Shown here in pieces: positions 10,373-21,280 of a stretch of DNA of 64,000 nucleotides. The notes under the pieces are model-generated. The model had not been told where the DNA came from. It was given only the letters and a program-made list of their open reading frames with translations, and did no database searches. Each line of letters opens with the position of its first letter. The stretch's first letter is position 1. The stretch is from positions 236,930 to 300,929 of the forward strand of contig JAWAHS010000002.1 in assembly GCA_038889075.1 (NCBI GenBank), read 5' to 3'. The translations under genes were made by a program, and so were the position numbers. The DNA comes from Ignisphaera sp. (GTDB lineage Archaea; Thermoproteota; Thermoprotei_A; Sulfolobales; Ignisphaeraceae).

Positions 10373-11152
10373 TTAAATATGCTTCAGATCTTTAGAAACA
10401 ACTTCAGCTATCTTCTTACCCGACAATAACATTGAGCTAAAGATAGGACCCATCCTTGGAAGTCCATGGAGTGCTGCTACAGCCATCCCAGCTACATATA
10501 GCCCTGGTATAACTCTACCTGTGTATTCAACAACTGTTTTTTCTGATAATTCTGAATATGCAGATTTTTCTCCAGCTAGCAATATTTTTGCCTCAGGTAA
10601 CTTTCTAGCTATAATCTGAAGCACTTCTGCGTCATGTCCTGTAGCATCGATAACAGCTTTACTTAATATAAAGAGTGGATCTACATGTAAACCTGACATG
10701 ATTACAGAGCTCCACTGTATTACAATACCCTCTATTCTAGTAGGATTCTCTCTATATATAACATCCTCAATATGTATACCATGGATTATCTTAGCTCCTG
10801 AATCTATAGCACCTGCAGCTAGTTTAGCCATAAGCTCTGATGCATCAACAACATAAAGATCCTCTTCATCATCATAGAGGTGCTTAATCTTAAAATCCTT
10901 TAATATTGGAATCGCAGTCTCATCAACAACAATCTTATGTAGTAGCATACCACCTCCACCAATGCCACCACCAAAGCTCAATCTTCTTTCAAAAACTACA
11001 ACCTTGAAGCCTTCATCAGCTAGATACCTAGCTGCTGTCATACCAGCGGGACCAGCTCCAACGATAATAACATCTACGTTAGATATGTCTAACCAGTCTC
11101 TAGATGTCTGTCTCCAAATAGCTCTAGATATCCTCTCTTCGAGTGGTCTCAT
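10373..11152 (-). CDS. thi4: Thi4 thiazole synthase, His (sulfide-dependent) type
   Basis: GAGPAG FAD-like motif, [32 protein letters not shown]. Confidence 0.93.
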   Translation of the reverse strand: MRPLEERISRAIWRQTSRDWLDISNVDVIIVGAGPAGMTAARYLADEGFKVVVFERRLSFGGGIGGGGMLLHKIVVDETAIPILKDFKIKHLYDDEEDLYVVDASELMAKLAAGAIDSGAKIIHGIHIEDVIYRENPTRIEGIVIQWSSVIMSGLHVDPLFILSKAVIDATGHDAEVLQIIARKLPEAKILLAGEKSAYSELSEKTVVEYTGRVIPGLYVAGMAVAALHGLPRMGPIFSSMLLSGKKIAEVVSKDLKHI

Positions 11153-11206
11153 GGCTACTCGTAGAGACTGTAGATAGCATCCAGTATATAAGCTATTAGA
11201 GCTTGA

Positions 11207-12298
11207 CTATTGCAATGCTTCTAGCCAGGCTACAGGCTTAATATAGTCCTTACCTCTCGCTTCAAAGGTGCCTATAGCTACCTGTAGATATTCCTCTGAT
11301 TGTCTAACATCCTCAACCATCTCTAGCTTACCATATGCGATAATTTCATCACCATCTCTGGCGAGATCCATATACAACCCTTCATAGCTGATAACATATC
11401 TTATAGGCTTTGGTGGAACAACTCCTTCAATAACCTTTGCATTCTCTATACTGTATATAGCTGGCATAAAGATGGAGTTCCGAGAATCTGCAATCCTAGC
11501 TCTAATCTTTACCAGCCCCAGAGGTTTTACAATCTTATCCTCCCATTTTTCGCTTACTTCATCTTCTGTTTTGACTGGATGTATAGAGAACTGTCTTCCT
11601 TTATAAAAAGCTCTATTCCATTTATATTTACTGTACAGTAGCCTAGCCTCTTCAATTGATAGTGGATGTATCTTTACAATATCTCTAGCCCACTCTTCAA
11701 GAGCTTCTCCCACAGGTCTATAGAAGCCGCTATTGGGAGTATTGAGAAGATTTTTAATAGTTTCTCTAACTCTGTAGCTATTCTCAATACCATATACAAT
11801 CAAATCTATATCCGAATATGTTAGATTGTGAATTTTCAGTAGGATAGAACCTGTTATGCCAAAGTTATTCAAGGAAACACCGCTCTCCTCAGATATCCTG
11901 GTTACCAATTCGACTACCTGTTCTTCCAGTAGGTCTCTAGATCCACTTAGTAGCTCGCGCAGTCTCTCCTCCGGTCTATAGTGTCTATTGATATGGCTCC
12001 TCGGAACCTCTATAAGCTCTATCGATCTGTACTTGTCAAAAACTATATAATGGGGATAGTTTCTTCTAAGAAAATCCATTGTTTGGGCAACACCTATAGC
12101 GCTATAGTATGGTAGTATTCTTCCAAATTGTACGCCATTTCTACTCCATTTAACCCTTATATTCGATTGGTATCCAGGTATGTATTTAAGATAGGCAATG
12201 ATTCTATCGACTGGATGAGTATTTCCGATAACTGCAAATAGCAGTCCTTCCCTAGACTCTATGAAATCTCTATCCCTAAATCCTCTCAATCTAATCAC
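11207..12298 (-). CDS. Pol-beta-superfamily nucleotidyltransferase (archaeal COG1665-like)
   Basis: RDRDF...HPVDRIIAYLKY N-terminus; GITGS...SDIDLIVYG catalytic motif; OB-like C-terminus. Confidence 0.8.
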   Translation of the reverse strand: MIRLRGFRDRDFIESREGLLFAVIGNTHPVDRIIAYLKYIPGYQSNIRVKWSRNGVQFGRILPYYSAIGVAQTMDFLRRNYPHYIVFDKYRSIELIEVPRSHINRHYRPEERLRELLSGSRDLLEEQVVELVTRISEESGVSLNNFGITGSILLKIHNLTYSDIDLIVYGIENSYRVRETIKNLLNTPNSGFYRPVGEALEEWARDIVKIHPLSIEEARLLYSKYKWNRAFYKGRQFSIHPVKTEDEVSEKWEDKIVKPLGLVKIRARIADSRNSIFMPAIYSIENAKVIEGVVPPKPIRYVISYEGLYMDLARDGDEIIAYGKLEMVEDVRQSEEYLQVAIGTFEARGKDYIKPVAWLEALQ

Positions 12299-12330
12299 CT
12301 TAGGTTGCCGGGTATAGGTTTCTAAGTATT

Positions 12331-13305
12331 TTAAACTCTAATAATTTTTCTACCTCTAGATAGTGCATATAGTGATATTGCTGAGGCAACTATATCAGCA
12401 GTAGAACCAGGGTTTATATTTTCTCTATGAAGTTCATCATCGAAACTTTTTAGACTATCTATACAGAGATTCCAATCCTCTTTGCAGAGTTTATACAAAT
12501 CCTTTGCACTACTCATTACGTATTTAGCAATTTCAACACCGTTTTTTCTAACAATGAGTGTATCCATCTCTTTGGAGAGAAGGTATAGGTATGTTTCGAC
12601 GATTGCTCTATTCCAATCACCGTGGACAGCAATTCTATCACTTATGTGTTTCATCAATTCTAAAGCTCTCGAATACCCCTCTACAATTTCTCTAGCAACC
12701 ATATCGTATCGAGAGCTATATGCTAGTATATCCCAGAGTCTATAGTTTCCCTCAATAATCTCCCTTCTATATGAAGGACTCCATACATCCGGGTAGATAG
12801 TATCGGTAGGTTTATGCCTTTTAATATAGCTTGGCGAGGCACATCTAACGGCTCTATACATCATTATAGAATCGTATACCGTACTATAACTTTCAATAAG
12901 ATCTTTAGCTACTTCCGCTACCAGCTTAGCATCCAGCTCTATAGCTCTATAACGCTCTTTTAAAAACCCTACTGATAGTGAAAGAGGAGATATCAGAAGT
13001 GCTGTACCTAAAGAGGTATTTCCACCACCACTAAGATACATAGAGTTTTTCACAATACCATAGATAACATCACCAACGGTATTCTTCAGTAAGGAACCTT
13101 TTGAAAGTCTAAGCCCCCTACGGATACCTCTATATAGATGATGGACTGCAAAAACCCCTGCTATAAGAAAGTCTTCAAATCTCGTATCGCTAAAATCCCT
13201 AAGTCTGTGAATATTCCCAGGTTTAGGATAGGCAGAGACTTCGAGTACAAACCCCAAGCTAAGTAGGACAGCATAGCGAATTAAGGTAGTCATTGTTATC
13301 TTCAC
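12331..13305 (-). CDS. citG: CitG/MdcB-family triphosphoribosyl-dephospho-CoA synthase homolog
   Basis: LEVSAYPKPGNIHR, GGNTSLG, DTLIVRKNG, NPGSTADI motifs. Confidence 0.88.
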   Translation of the reverse strand: MKITMTTLIRYAVLLSLGFVLEVSAYPKPGNIHRLRDFSDTRFEDFLIAGVFAVHHLYRGIRRGLRLSKGSLLKNTVGDVIYGIVKNSMYLSGGGNTSLGTALLISPLSLSVGFLKERYRAIELDAKLVAEVAKDLIESYSTVYDSIMMYRAVRCASPSYIKRHKPTDTIYPDVWSPSYRREIIEGNYRLWDILAYSSRYDMVAREIVEGYSRALELMKHISDRIAVHGDWNRAIVETYLYLLSKEMDTLIVRKNGVEIAKYVMSSAKDLYKLCKEDWNLCIDSLKSFDDELHRENINPGSTADIVASAISLYALSRGRKIIRV

Positions 13306-13396
13306 TGAGCCGCAATTTTAGGAGAACTGAAGGTAAAAAGATTTAAGGTAATAAAAATAAATATCTTTTGCTACTAATTTTACTGAAATTGCTTGA

Positions 13397-13903
13397 TCAA
13401 CTCTTTTCTATGACTTTGTACTGAAGTATTTTAAGAACCCTACCCTCTTCAATATTGACTAACACCACTGTTATTCCCTCACCCTTTTTGCAAAGGGTTA
13501 CAGATGCTTGGACTGCTTTCAATACTACGCTACCATCTCCCTGAACATACATCTTGATCAATGGCTTTACTACAGTTATATTGTATCCATTTTCAAGCAG
13601 CTTCTTTACATCTGGATCTGTTTTAAGTATCTCTATAATCTTTGCTTTATACTCATCACTTACTATAACATGGTGCTGCAGTTTTGCTGTATTGGAAAAC
13701 CATCCAAATCTCCAGAGATGTCTATATTGCTGTACCACTGTATTCTTTGTTACATTGTTTAAAGTACAGCTCCACTGTCTTCTAAGAGGCTCTGCGACAC
13801 TTCCAAGACCTTGTTGGGCATATACTATTGTAGCTACCATAGCTACTATAATCATCGTTGTAGCTACTCCAACCGCTAACGTACCTCTTGTTATTTTTAT
13901 CAT
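13397..13903 (-). CDS. Hypothetical secreted/membrane-anchored protein
   Basis: Basic N-terminus, hydrophobic stretch and VYA cleavage-like site; GGTG SD upstream. Confidence 0.7.
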   Translation of the reverse strand: MIKITRGTLAVGVATTMIIVAMVATIVYAQQGLGSVAEPLRRQWSCTLNNVTKNTVVQQYRHLWRFGWFSNTAKLQHHVIVSDEYKAKIIEILKTDPDVKKLLENGYNITVVKPLIKMYVQGDGSVVLKAVQASVTLCKKGEGITVVLVNIEEGRVLKILQYKVIEKS

Positions 13904-14437
13904 ATTTTACACCTGGAGACTAAGGAGGCACATCTACATTTTTTAGGTTACCTCACGAACTGTGTGTTTCTATAGATAGAATTGATAATGAAACACATCT
14001 CTGACCGGTTCAACAACACATTGCACTACTAATACCATACACTATCCATACATTACTGTAACATCATTCACACAGCATACTTCCACTCTAGGTTGTTTGA
14101 TCAGCCTAGACGGTTCCTTATGGTTTTCCTAAGTCCCTTTCCATGATTTCCGCAGGTCTTCAGAAATCCAGACCGCTGATAGAATTATAGGAAATTGTAT
14201 GCATGGTAATGCATCCTATCTAGTTACAATAAGAGTACTAGAAACACGTAGAGATTTGGATCACCAAACTCTATAGCGAATTTTCATAAGTAGTGAGTAA
14301 GAATCTGGATTTATGCTAAGAGCTGTGTAAAGATATGAGGATGTGCTCAGAAATATATTCTTTAATGAGGGTATCATAGGTATGGTTAGCTAGATTAGAA
14401 AAGTATATCAACCAGTAGCTATAGTATTTTTGAGTAG

Positions 14438-15121
14438 TTGTTGGAGGTAGTACTCCTTATGCCTAGGCTTATATACTGTCCCTTTACTGGCTGCTGTCCT
14501 CTTAGGATTGTTGCGTATACCAATACCGTAGCGAGTAGGCTTATTAATATATACATTATACCTTTTGTACGGGAGGTATTCTCCATTAACATCGATTATG
14601 CTGGACTTGTAGGAGAATTATTTCAGATTATCAATGAATATTGTGAGAGGGAGTTGGAAAATATTAAGAGGATTTTTAATCGTATGGATATCGTGGTTGT
14701 GAAAGCATGCGACGCTCTACCAAGGATTAGTGAATCAGTAAATGTTGATAAATACCGTGATACTATCTTCGTATCACTTAAAAAAATACCGATTATGTGT
14801 TCAGATGAACTTCCAAATAGCTATGTGAAGTATAGAATAAACTATAGATTTAGCGAAGCTGCGGCAAGAACACTACTAATATATAGTGCTATTTACATTA
14901 TTTATAGAATTAAAGGAGTAGAACCTGTAATAAATGGAGAACATATAGTTGATATATTTTCAAAACAGCTTAGTAATACATGGAGAAGTAAAATGAAGCT
15001 AATACCTATTGTTATCAATGATGTGGAACTCTATCTTGATTGGAATAAAAAAGATTTTATAGCACAGCTGAAGAAACTATTAATTAACATAGCTAAACAG
15101 AAAGCTGTGTCACAGCGATAG
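14438..15121 (+). CDS. Hypothetical protein (probable start ATG 14459)
   Basis: 227-codon ORF in AT-rich DNA; GGAGGT upstream of ATG 14459; no recognisable motif. Confidence 0.6.
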   Translation: MLEVVLLMPRLIYCPFTGCCPLRIVAYTNTVASRLINIYIIPFVREVFSINIDYAGLVGELFQIINEYCERELENIKRIFNRMDIVVVKACDALPRISESVNVDKYRDTIFVSLKKIPIMCSDELPNSYVKYRINYRFSEAAARTLLIYSAIYIIYRIKGVEPVINGEHIVDIFSKQLSNTWRSKMKLIPIVINDVELYLDWNKKDFIAQLKKLLINIAKQKAVSQR

Positions 15122-15175
15122 ATAATTTGAATGAAAATGCCTAGGATGTAGTGTTTAGACTATAGATCGAATGCA

Positions 15176-15626
15176 GTTTCTCAGCAAATGGTAGTTTATG
15201 GTTTTTGTATTCTATTGATATACAGAACTTTCTTCGGGTAAGGGCTTCGGAAGCTCCATAGCTACCATTCCACATCTAAGAAGTGTCGAAGCTAGCAATA
15301 ATAAAAATAGAAAATAGCCTCTAAGCTATGCGTTCTACTGATGGAGTTAATAATACCATGTTGAGATCGGTTTACTAATCGAATCTTCAAGTTAACTACA
15401 GTTATCATCGAGTAGCATTGGTAGGAAATGTTTGAATCCAAATCTATTTCTTTAAGGTCACATCCCAGCCGACTCTAAAACTCTAAGATTTATTACAAAT
15501 AGTTATCCCTCTAAAATACAGATAGATGAACTATAATGTGTAGAAATGCTGTCTTTATTCTTTACATAGCTTGGTCTAAAAACTGGTTCACTAGAAACTC
15601 AAAAATAAACAGTGTCTCTCACAATT
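15176..15626. repeat. Degenerate copy A of a dispersed intergenic repeat
   Basis: GTTTCTCAGCAAATGGTAGTTTA differs from copy B only by transitions; TGATATACAG and TTCACTAGAAA (15587) match copy C. Confidence 0.45.
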
Positions 15627-15792
15627 TATTGAAACTGGATATGTACCCTTTAATTCCTGTCCTAGAGGCTATGCTTTTGGATATCATTCTAGGTATCTAT
15701 TGGTATTCTACTCTGTTGCTACAAAGTTAAACTATATATTTTTCTTTTTATAAGGCTAGACTAGAGATACAGTACTCCCTGGGTCGTAGGTT

Positions 15793-17154
15793 ATGGATTG
15801 GTATGAACTGCAAGCTGAGAATATGATATCCAAATACCTTAAAATATATGATGATTTTGCTAGTAAGAATAGGGAGGTTTTTGAAAGAGCTAGCAAGGTC
15901 TTACCCGGTGGTGCAGTGTATCACATCAGGTTTTTCCATCCCTATCCCACATATATAGTTAGAGCTAAGGATACCTATGTATGGGATGTTAGTGGAAATA
16001 GATACGATGATTATTGGATGGGTCACGGAACCCATATTCTTGGTCACGCACCTGATTTCATTATTGATAGGGTTTACGAAGTTTCTCGGTATGGTACGCA
16101 TTTCGGTTTTGAAAATATCTATGCAATTGAATATGCAGAGCTATTAACGAGGATTGTGCCAAACTGTGATATGATTAAGTTTACTAACAGCGGTACCGAA
16201 GCCAATATGTATGCAATAAGGCTTGCAAGAGCATATACAAAGAAGAGATTCATTATTAAAATTAGAGGAGGTTGGCATGGAGGCTTGGATCAGATTCACA
16301 CAGGTGTCTCACCGCCATTTTCAGGACCTGAGTCAGCTGGTCTACCAGAGGATCTAATTAAATACACCTTGCTAGTTTCATATAATGATCTGAATGAAAT
16401 GGAAAAAGCACTGAAGATGTACGATGTGGCAGCTGTTATTATAGAACCCGTTCCTGGAGCGGGTGGGTGTATAGAACCTATGGATGGTTATCTAAAGGGT
16501 GTTAGAGAACTTACGGATAGATACGGATCGCTACTGATATTCGATGAAGTGATTACAGGTTTTAGGCTAGCCTTGGGCGGAGCCCAGGAATACTTTAATG
16601 TGAAGGCAGATATCATTACCATGGGCAAGATAGTTGGTGGAGGGATGCCAGGTGCAGGTGCTTTTGGTGGAAGAAGAGATATAATGGAACTGCTCAATCA
16701 TGTAAAGTATCCAGAGCCTAGGGCTAGGAGTTTCCATGGTGGAACATTTGCTGGAAATCCGGTAACCATCGTAGCGGGTCTTACAATGATTAACTACCTT
16801 AGTAGAAATAGGGAAAGGTATGGTAGTTTTAATGAAATGTGGAGTAGTGTTGCTAGGAAACTGGATAGACTATGTGAAGAATACGATAGAGTTTGCTGGA
16901 TTACAAATGTTGGTAGCATTATCGGTGTACACTTCACAAAATCAAAGCCTAGAAATATAGAGGACGCTTATTATCTAAGATATGGTAGCAAAATCTATGA
17001 GGCACTTCATCTATTTATGAGAGTTAATAGAATACTTTACCTTTCTGAAAAGATGCCCCACTTCATGCCATCGATGATACACACAAGAGAACAGTCAGAA
17101 AAACTTGTTGAAACATTTGCAAAATTCTTGGATGAATTAAAATTACAGAGGTAG
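15793..17154 (+). CDS. Class III PLP aminotransferase, glutamate-1-semialdehyde aminomutase-like
   Basis: NSGTEA, FDEVITGFR, GKIVGGGMP, HGGTFAGNP. Confidence 0.85.
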   Translation: MDWYELQAENMISKYLKIYDDFASKNREVFERASKVLPGGAVYHIRFFHPYPTYIVRAKDTYVWDVSGNRYDDYWMGHGTHILGHAPDFIIDRVYEVSRYGTHFGFENIYAIEYAELLTRIVPNCDMIKFTNSGTEANMYAIRLARAYTKKRFIIKIRGGWHGGLDQIHTGVSPPFSGPESAGLPEDLIKYTLLVSYNDLNEMEKALKMYDVAAVIIEPVPGAGGCIEPMDGYLKGVRELTDRYGSLLIFDEVITGFRLALGGAQEYFNVKADIITMGKIVGGGMPGAGAFGGRRDIMELLNHVKYPEPRARSFHGGTFAGNPVTIVAGLTMINYLSRNRERYGSFNEMWSSVARKLDRLCEEYDRVCWITNVGSIIGVHFTKSKPRNIEDAYYLRYGSKIYEALHLFMRVNRILYLSEKMPHFMPSMIHTREQSEKLVETFAKFLDELKLQR

Positions 17155-17284
17155 TCCACTACCTTCAATACACAGAGAGCTATGGTAAAAGCGCCATCAA
17201 CATTTTCTACACTACGATACTACAATAAAGTACTCAACAAAATTTATAATCTTTGGTAGGAAGAGTAGTAGGTGGTGTAACCCT

Positions 17285-17569
17285 ATGGTGAGGGTAGATA
17301 AGGTAGTGGCAGTTAAGGATGAGACGGCCTTTCTAGCAAAAGGTATAAAGGCACTGAGATATTCATCGTGTGCAAAACTTCTCAGAGTATTTAAGAGTCC
17401 ACAGCTAGGAACAGAGCTTGCGGAATGCATGGACAAAGGCCCTGCATATATAATTAAATTCAAGAACTATACGGTGGTACTGCTACCCGATCATACACAT
17501 GTTGTAGAGGCTAAGAGTAAGGAAGAGGCAGAAGGTGTGGTAACAGATCTAGCAAAAGCCATAGCATAG
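17285..17569 (+). CDS. Small hypothetical protein
   Basis: GGTGGTG SD, upstream TTTATA box, normal codon/aa composition. Confidence 0.65.
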   Translation: MVRVDKVVAVKDETAFLAKGIKALRYSSCAKLLRVFKSPQLGTELAECMDKGPAYIIKFKNYTVVLLPDHTHVVEAKSKEEAEGVVTDLAKAIA

Positions 17570-17635
17570 AGGGGTATATCTTCACACTACATCTATCTAT
17601 ACTAGGTCAAATCATTTTTCACAATATAGTTGTCA

Positions 17636-18817
17636 TCAAATTCTCTTTAACAGAACTAGTGATGCAAATCCGACCATAGATAGCATGAATACAAGCTCAG
17701 GAACACTAAGCATATCGGCTAATACACCACCTAGGTTTATAGCTAAGGCTGGTACTAGATTCTGAATGGTAAAGACTCTAGCTATGTAGCTAATTCTACG
17801 GCCAGCATCAACATCTTTCACAAGATAGTTGAATAGCGTTACCCATATTCCGATACCAGCTACACCAGCTAGGAATCCTCTTATGATCTGCAGATGAAGC
17901 GTTGACATATATGGAAATAGCACATTTACAATTATGGCTAGAGCTACAGCAATTTTAGTTGCATTAAGAGAGCCCATGGACTCTACAACCATACTCCACA
18001 TCATTGGAGCCAACAGACTAGCCATCAAATTAGCACCGTTGATCAGAGTTATCCAGATTTCATCGCCTCCAAATCTATGGATTATATAAGGTGGCATTAT
18101 GGACGTTGGGAGATTTATTGAGAGATACACTATGATTATTGCAATATAGAAATGTTTAGCAGATTTCCCAGAATAGCTCTGTTGTACATTTGCATATTCT
18201 GTAAGGGTATTTGTGAACTCCTTTACAAATACTGTAAGGAATGGTATATTTGTTAGAAGTATTGCTGAAACTACCATGAAGAGTTTGCCGTAGCTTAAAA
18301 TACTATGGGTCTCGTATAGAATTACACCAGCAATAGATGTACCAATTAAAGCGCCTACCGTACCGAGGATGCTATCTAGAGCGATATACCTAGATTTAAA
18401 GTTTGGGGGTATGTTATCAGCTATATAGTCAGCCCAGGCTATTCCAGCTAGAGATGAAATTGAATTTGCAATTGTGAAACCTACTGTAGCTATATAGAGG
18501 AGCTTTAAACCATCGAATAAATTGGAGAGAATGGTGTAGGATGTCAATAGATATACTGCTCTTGAAATCACTATGGCTATTTTGAACAATACAACCCTAG
18601 ATCTTCGTATAAAATCTTCATAAAAACTAGATATAATATATATAATTGAAGCGGCAGCTAGTGGCATGGCTGTAGAGACAGCGATATGGGTATAGCTATC
18701 CGTTAATCTTGCAGCAAATACTGAACGGTATGACCACATTCCACCAAACCATATTCCCCACATGATGGAATCTGTAAGTAGTATAATTACTGTGTTCTTT
18801 AGAGATGTATTCATCAC
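17636..18817 (-). CDS. MFS transporter
   Basis: About 12 hydrophobic segments; WADYIADNIP...SRY loop. Confidence 0.8.
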   Translation of the reverse strand: MMNTSLKNTVIILLTDSIMWGIWFGGMWSYRSVFAARLTDSYTHIAVSTAMPLAAASIIYIISSFYEDFIRRSRVVLFKIAIVISRAVYLLTSYTILSNLFDGLKLLYIATVGFTIANSISSLAGIAWADYIADNIPPNFKSRYIALDSILGTVGALIGTSIAGVILYETHSILSYGKLFMVVSAILLTNIPFLTVFVKEFTNTLTEYANVQQSYSGKSAKHFYIAIIIVYLSINLPTSIMPPYIIHRFGGDEIWITLINGANLMASLLAPMMWSMVVESMGSLNATKIAVALAIIVNVLFPYMSTLHLQIIRGFLAGVAGIGIWVTLFNYLVKDVDAGRRISYIARVFTIQNLVPALAINLGGVLADMLSVPELVFMLSMVGFASLVLLKRI

Positions 18818-18920
18818 AGGATGGACACCATAGGTAGTGATGGAGATGCTGTGTAGCTACACCATAAACCTTTTAATTTCCAATAATCTAGCTACTAGAG
18901 ATCTAATAGTGTGATAGTAT

Positions 18921-19370
18921 ATGTGTGAGGAGATGTTTAAAAGCATTATCCAGATTGCTATAGTTGTAAAGGATTTAGATAAGGCCATCGACGCATGGTC
19001 TAGTGTATTGGGGGTGAGGCCATCAAGGGTGACTGAAACTGGTGAATTGGAAGAGACAAGGATGAGGTTTATGGGATCTCCCTCTAGGGGGAGAGCAAAA
19101 CTTGCATTCTTTAACTTAAACAATATTGTATTAGAGCTTATAGAGCCTATAGATGGCCCCAGTACATGGAGTGAATTTCTTGGGAAGTATGGACAGGGAT
19201 TGCACCATATAGCCTTTGATATCAGTGATAAGCCTGAGTGTATAGATAGGATTATAGAGGGTGGAGGTAGTATTCAACAAGAAGGGATATTCAAAGGAGG
19301 GAGATATATCTACATCGATGCAAGAGAATCTCTTGGTGCTATTATTGAGCTTCTCGAGCACTATAAATAG
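18921..19370 (+). CDS. VOC (glyoxalase/methylmalonyl-CoA epimerase-like) protein
   Basis: QIAIVVKDLD, LELIEP, GLHHIAF, IIELLE. Confidence 0.88.
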   Translation: MCEEMFKSIIQIAIVVKDLDKAIDAWSSVLGVRPSRVTETGELEETRMRFMGSPSRGRAKLAFFNLNNIVLELIEPIDGPSTWSEFLGKYGQGLHHIAFDISDKPECIDRIIEGGGSIQQEGIFKGGRYIYIDARESLGAIIELLEHYK

Positions 19371-19375
19371 AGTAG

Positions 19376-20179
19376 GTGTATATATTGAATGATCTTAGAG
19401 CTATACTTGAATCTCTAGCGAGAGGGGATATAGATGTTGAGGAAGCAGTAAGGAGAATTAGACTATTTGCCATAGAGAATATAGATGGTATTGTTAACTA
19501 TGATTTGGGGAGGTTTATTAGAAGAGATGTACCGGAGATAGTATTTGGTGAGGGTAAAGATACGGCAACCCTAGAGAGCATTATAAGGAAAATTACACCT
19601 ACCATTGGAAGGCTTATCATATCTAGGCTTAGAGATGATCAGATTGAATTTCTAAAAAATCTAGCAGTAAACGGGATAACAATTGATATAAATGATGTTG
19701 GCAGGATAGCTGTTGTAAGACTAGAGGGTACTAGGGTTCCAGAGTACGGTTGTAGAGTAGGTATTGTCACGGGAGGTACAGCAGATATAAGGGTGGCAGA
19801 GGAGGCAAAGACTATTGTTATGGAGATGGGATGCAGGGTCATAACACTGTATGATGTTGGAATCGCAGGACTCCATAGAGTATTAGAAGCGGTTAAAAGG
19901 CTTAAGGAAGAGGATGTTGATGTAGCGATAGTTGTAGCTGGTATGGAGGGAGCTCTGCCATCGATAGTTGCTTCACTATTAGATGTACCAGTTATTGGAG
20001 TACCTACATCTGTAGGCTATGGTATTGGTGGCGGTGGTGTATCTGCACTATACTCAATGTTACAAGCGTGTCCATTAGGTCTAGCTGTTGTAAATATAGA
20101 TAATGGAATAAATGCAGGTATTGTGGCAAGCTTAATCGGTAGAAGAGTCTCCCTATATAGGTCAAAGAGGCAACTATGA
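19376..20179 (+). CDS. larB: Nickel-pincer cofactor biosynthesis protein LarB
   Basis: PEIVFGEGK, GTADIRVAEEA, DVGIAGLHR, VAGMEGALPS, VPTSVGYG, VVNIDNG. Confidence 0.95.
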   Translation: MYILNDLRAILESLARGDIDVEEAVRRIRLFAIENIDGIVNYDLGRFIRRDVPEIVFGEGKDTATLESIIRKITPTIGRLIISRLRDDQIEFLKNLAVNGITIDINDVGRIAVVRLEGTRVPEYGCRVGIVTGGTADIRVAEEAKTIVMEMGCRVITLYDVGIAGLHRVLEAVKRLKEEDVDVAIVVAGMEGALPSIVASLLDVPVIGVPTSVGYGIGGGGVSALYSMLQACPLGLAVVNIDNGINAGIVASLIGRRVSLYRSKRQL

Positions 20180-20245
20180 TAAGAGTAGAAATGATACCAC
20201 ATATTTTAATATTTTATTTAAAAATTTAGGAAGGTGATGGTTTTA

Positions 20246-21280
20246 TTATCTTGTTATCGGTCTAATCTGTCTAACTATGTGGAGTACGGGTTTAGGTCTA
20301 TAAGGTTCTTCCATATACCTTATTTCATCGTCTGTAAGCTTTATTTTTAGCGCTTCGGTAGCCTCCTCAAGGTGTTCTACCTTACTCGTACCTATTATGG
20401 GGGCTGTAACACCTTTATGGAATAGCCAAGCTATTGCAATCTGGGTAGGGGTTACACCCTTATTCTTTGCTACTTCCATAACCCTCTTAACTATTTCAGC
20501 ATTCTCTGGAGGTTCTATATATGCCTTATATGCGTAGAATCCTATCTCAGGTCTCAAGCGATCGGGAGCATCAGGTCCTACTACAAGCTTTCCATCTCTA
20601 TAGTATTTACCTGAGAGCACTCCCACAGCTGTAGGGCTATATGCTAAATAGGCAATATTGTGTGCCATGCAAAATGGTATCATCTCTCTTTCCTCCTCCC
20701 TATAGAGTAGATTATACGGTGTTTGGGTACTTACAAACTTTTCATAACCTTTGGCCTCTGCTATGAAGAAGGCTTTAGCAAATTGCCATGTCCACATACT
20801 TGAAGCTCCAATATATCTCACCTTACCGTGGTGTACTAAATCTGTAAGTGTTGATAATGTTTCCTCGATAGGTGTTTCGTCGTCCCATCTATGGATCTGG
20901 TATAGGTCAACGTAATCGGTTCTGAGCCTACGTAGAGAATCGTTTATCTGTTTCATTACATGTTTCCTTGATAGCCCTCTATCATTAGGTTTATCGCTCA
21001 TTGGGAAGTAGACCTTTGTTGCTACAACAGCATCGTCTCTCCTACCCTGGAGAAACTCCCCTAAGATTTCCTCGGATTTACCCATAGAGTAGACGTTAGC
21101 AGTGTCAAAGAAGTTTATTCCCAGATCCCAAGCTCTATTCAAAACCTTGAAAGCTTCTTCCTTCCCAACAATCCATCCACCACCACCATATGGTTGCAGC
21201 CTAGGGTCGCCAAAAGACATTGTACCTAAGCATATTCTCGAAACTTTGAGACCGGACCATCCAAGACGTACGTATTCCAT
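20246..21280 (-). CDS. Aldo/keto reductase
   Basis: LGWSGLKVSRICLGTM, FDTANVY, ATK, DLYQIHR, YIGAS. Confidence 0.95.
   Translation of the reverse strand: MEYVRLGWSGLKVSRICLGTMSFGDPRLQPYGGGGWIVGKEEAFKVLNRAWDLGINFFDTANVYSMGKSEEILGEFLQGRRDDAVVATKVYFPMSDKPNDRGLSRKHVMKQINDSLRRLRTDYVDLYQIHRWDDETPIEETLSTLTDLVHHGKVRYIGASSMWTWQFAKAFFIAEAKGYEKFVSTQTPYNLLYREEEREMIPFCMAHNIAYLAYSPTAVGVLSGKYYRDGKLVVGPDAPDRLRPEIGFYAYKAYIEPPENAEIVKRVMEVAKNKGVTPTQIAIAWLFHKGVTAPIIGTSKVEHLEEATEALKIKLTDDEIRYMEEPYRPKPVLHIVRQIRPITR

Noticed and set aside
15793-17154. Assigning the symbol hemL
   Set aside because: No other hem genes nearby; GSAM-like paralogs with other substrates are common
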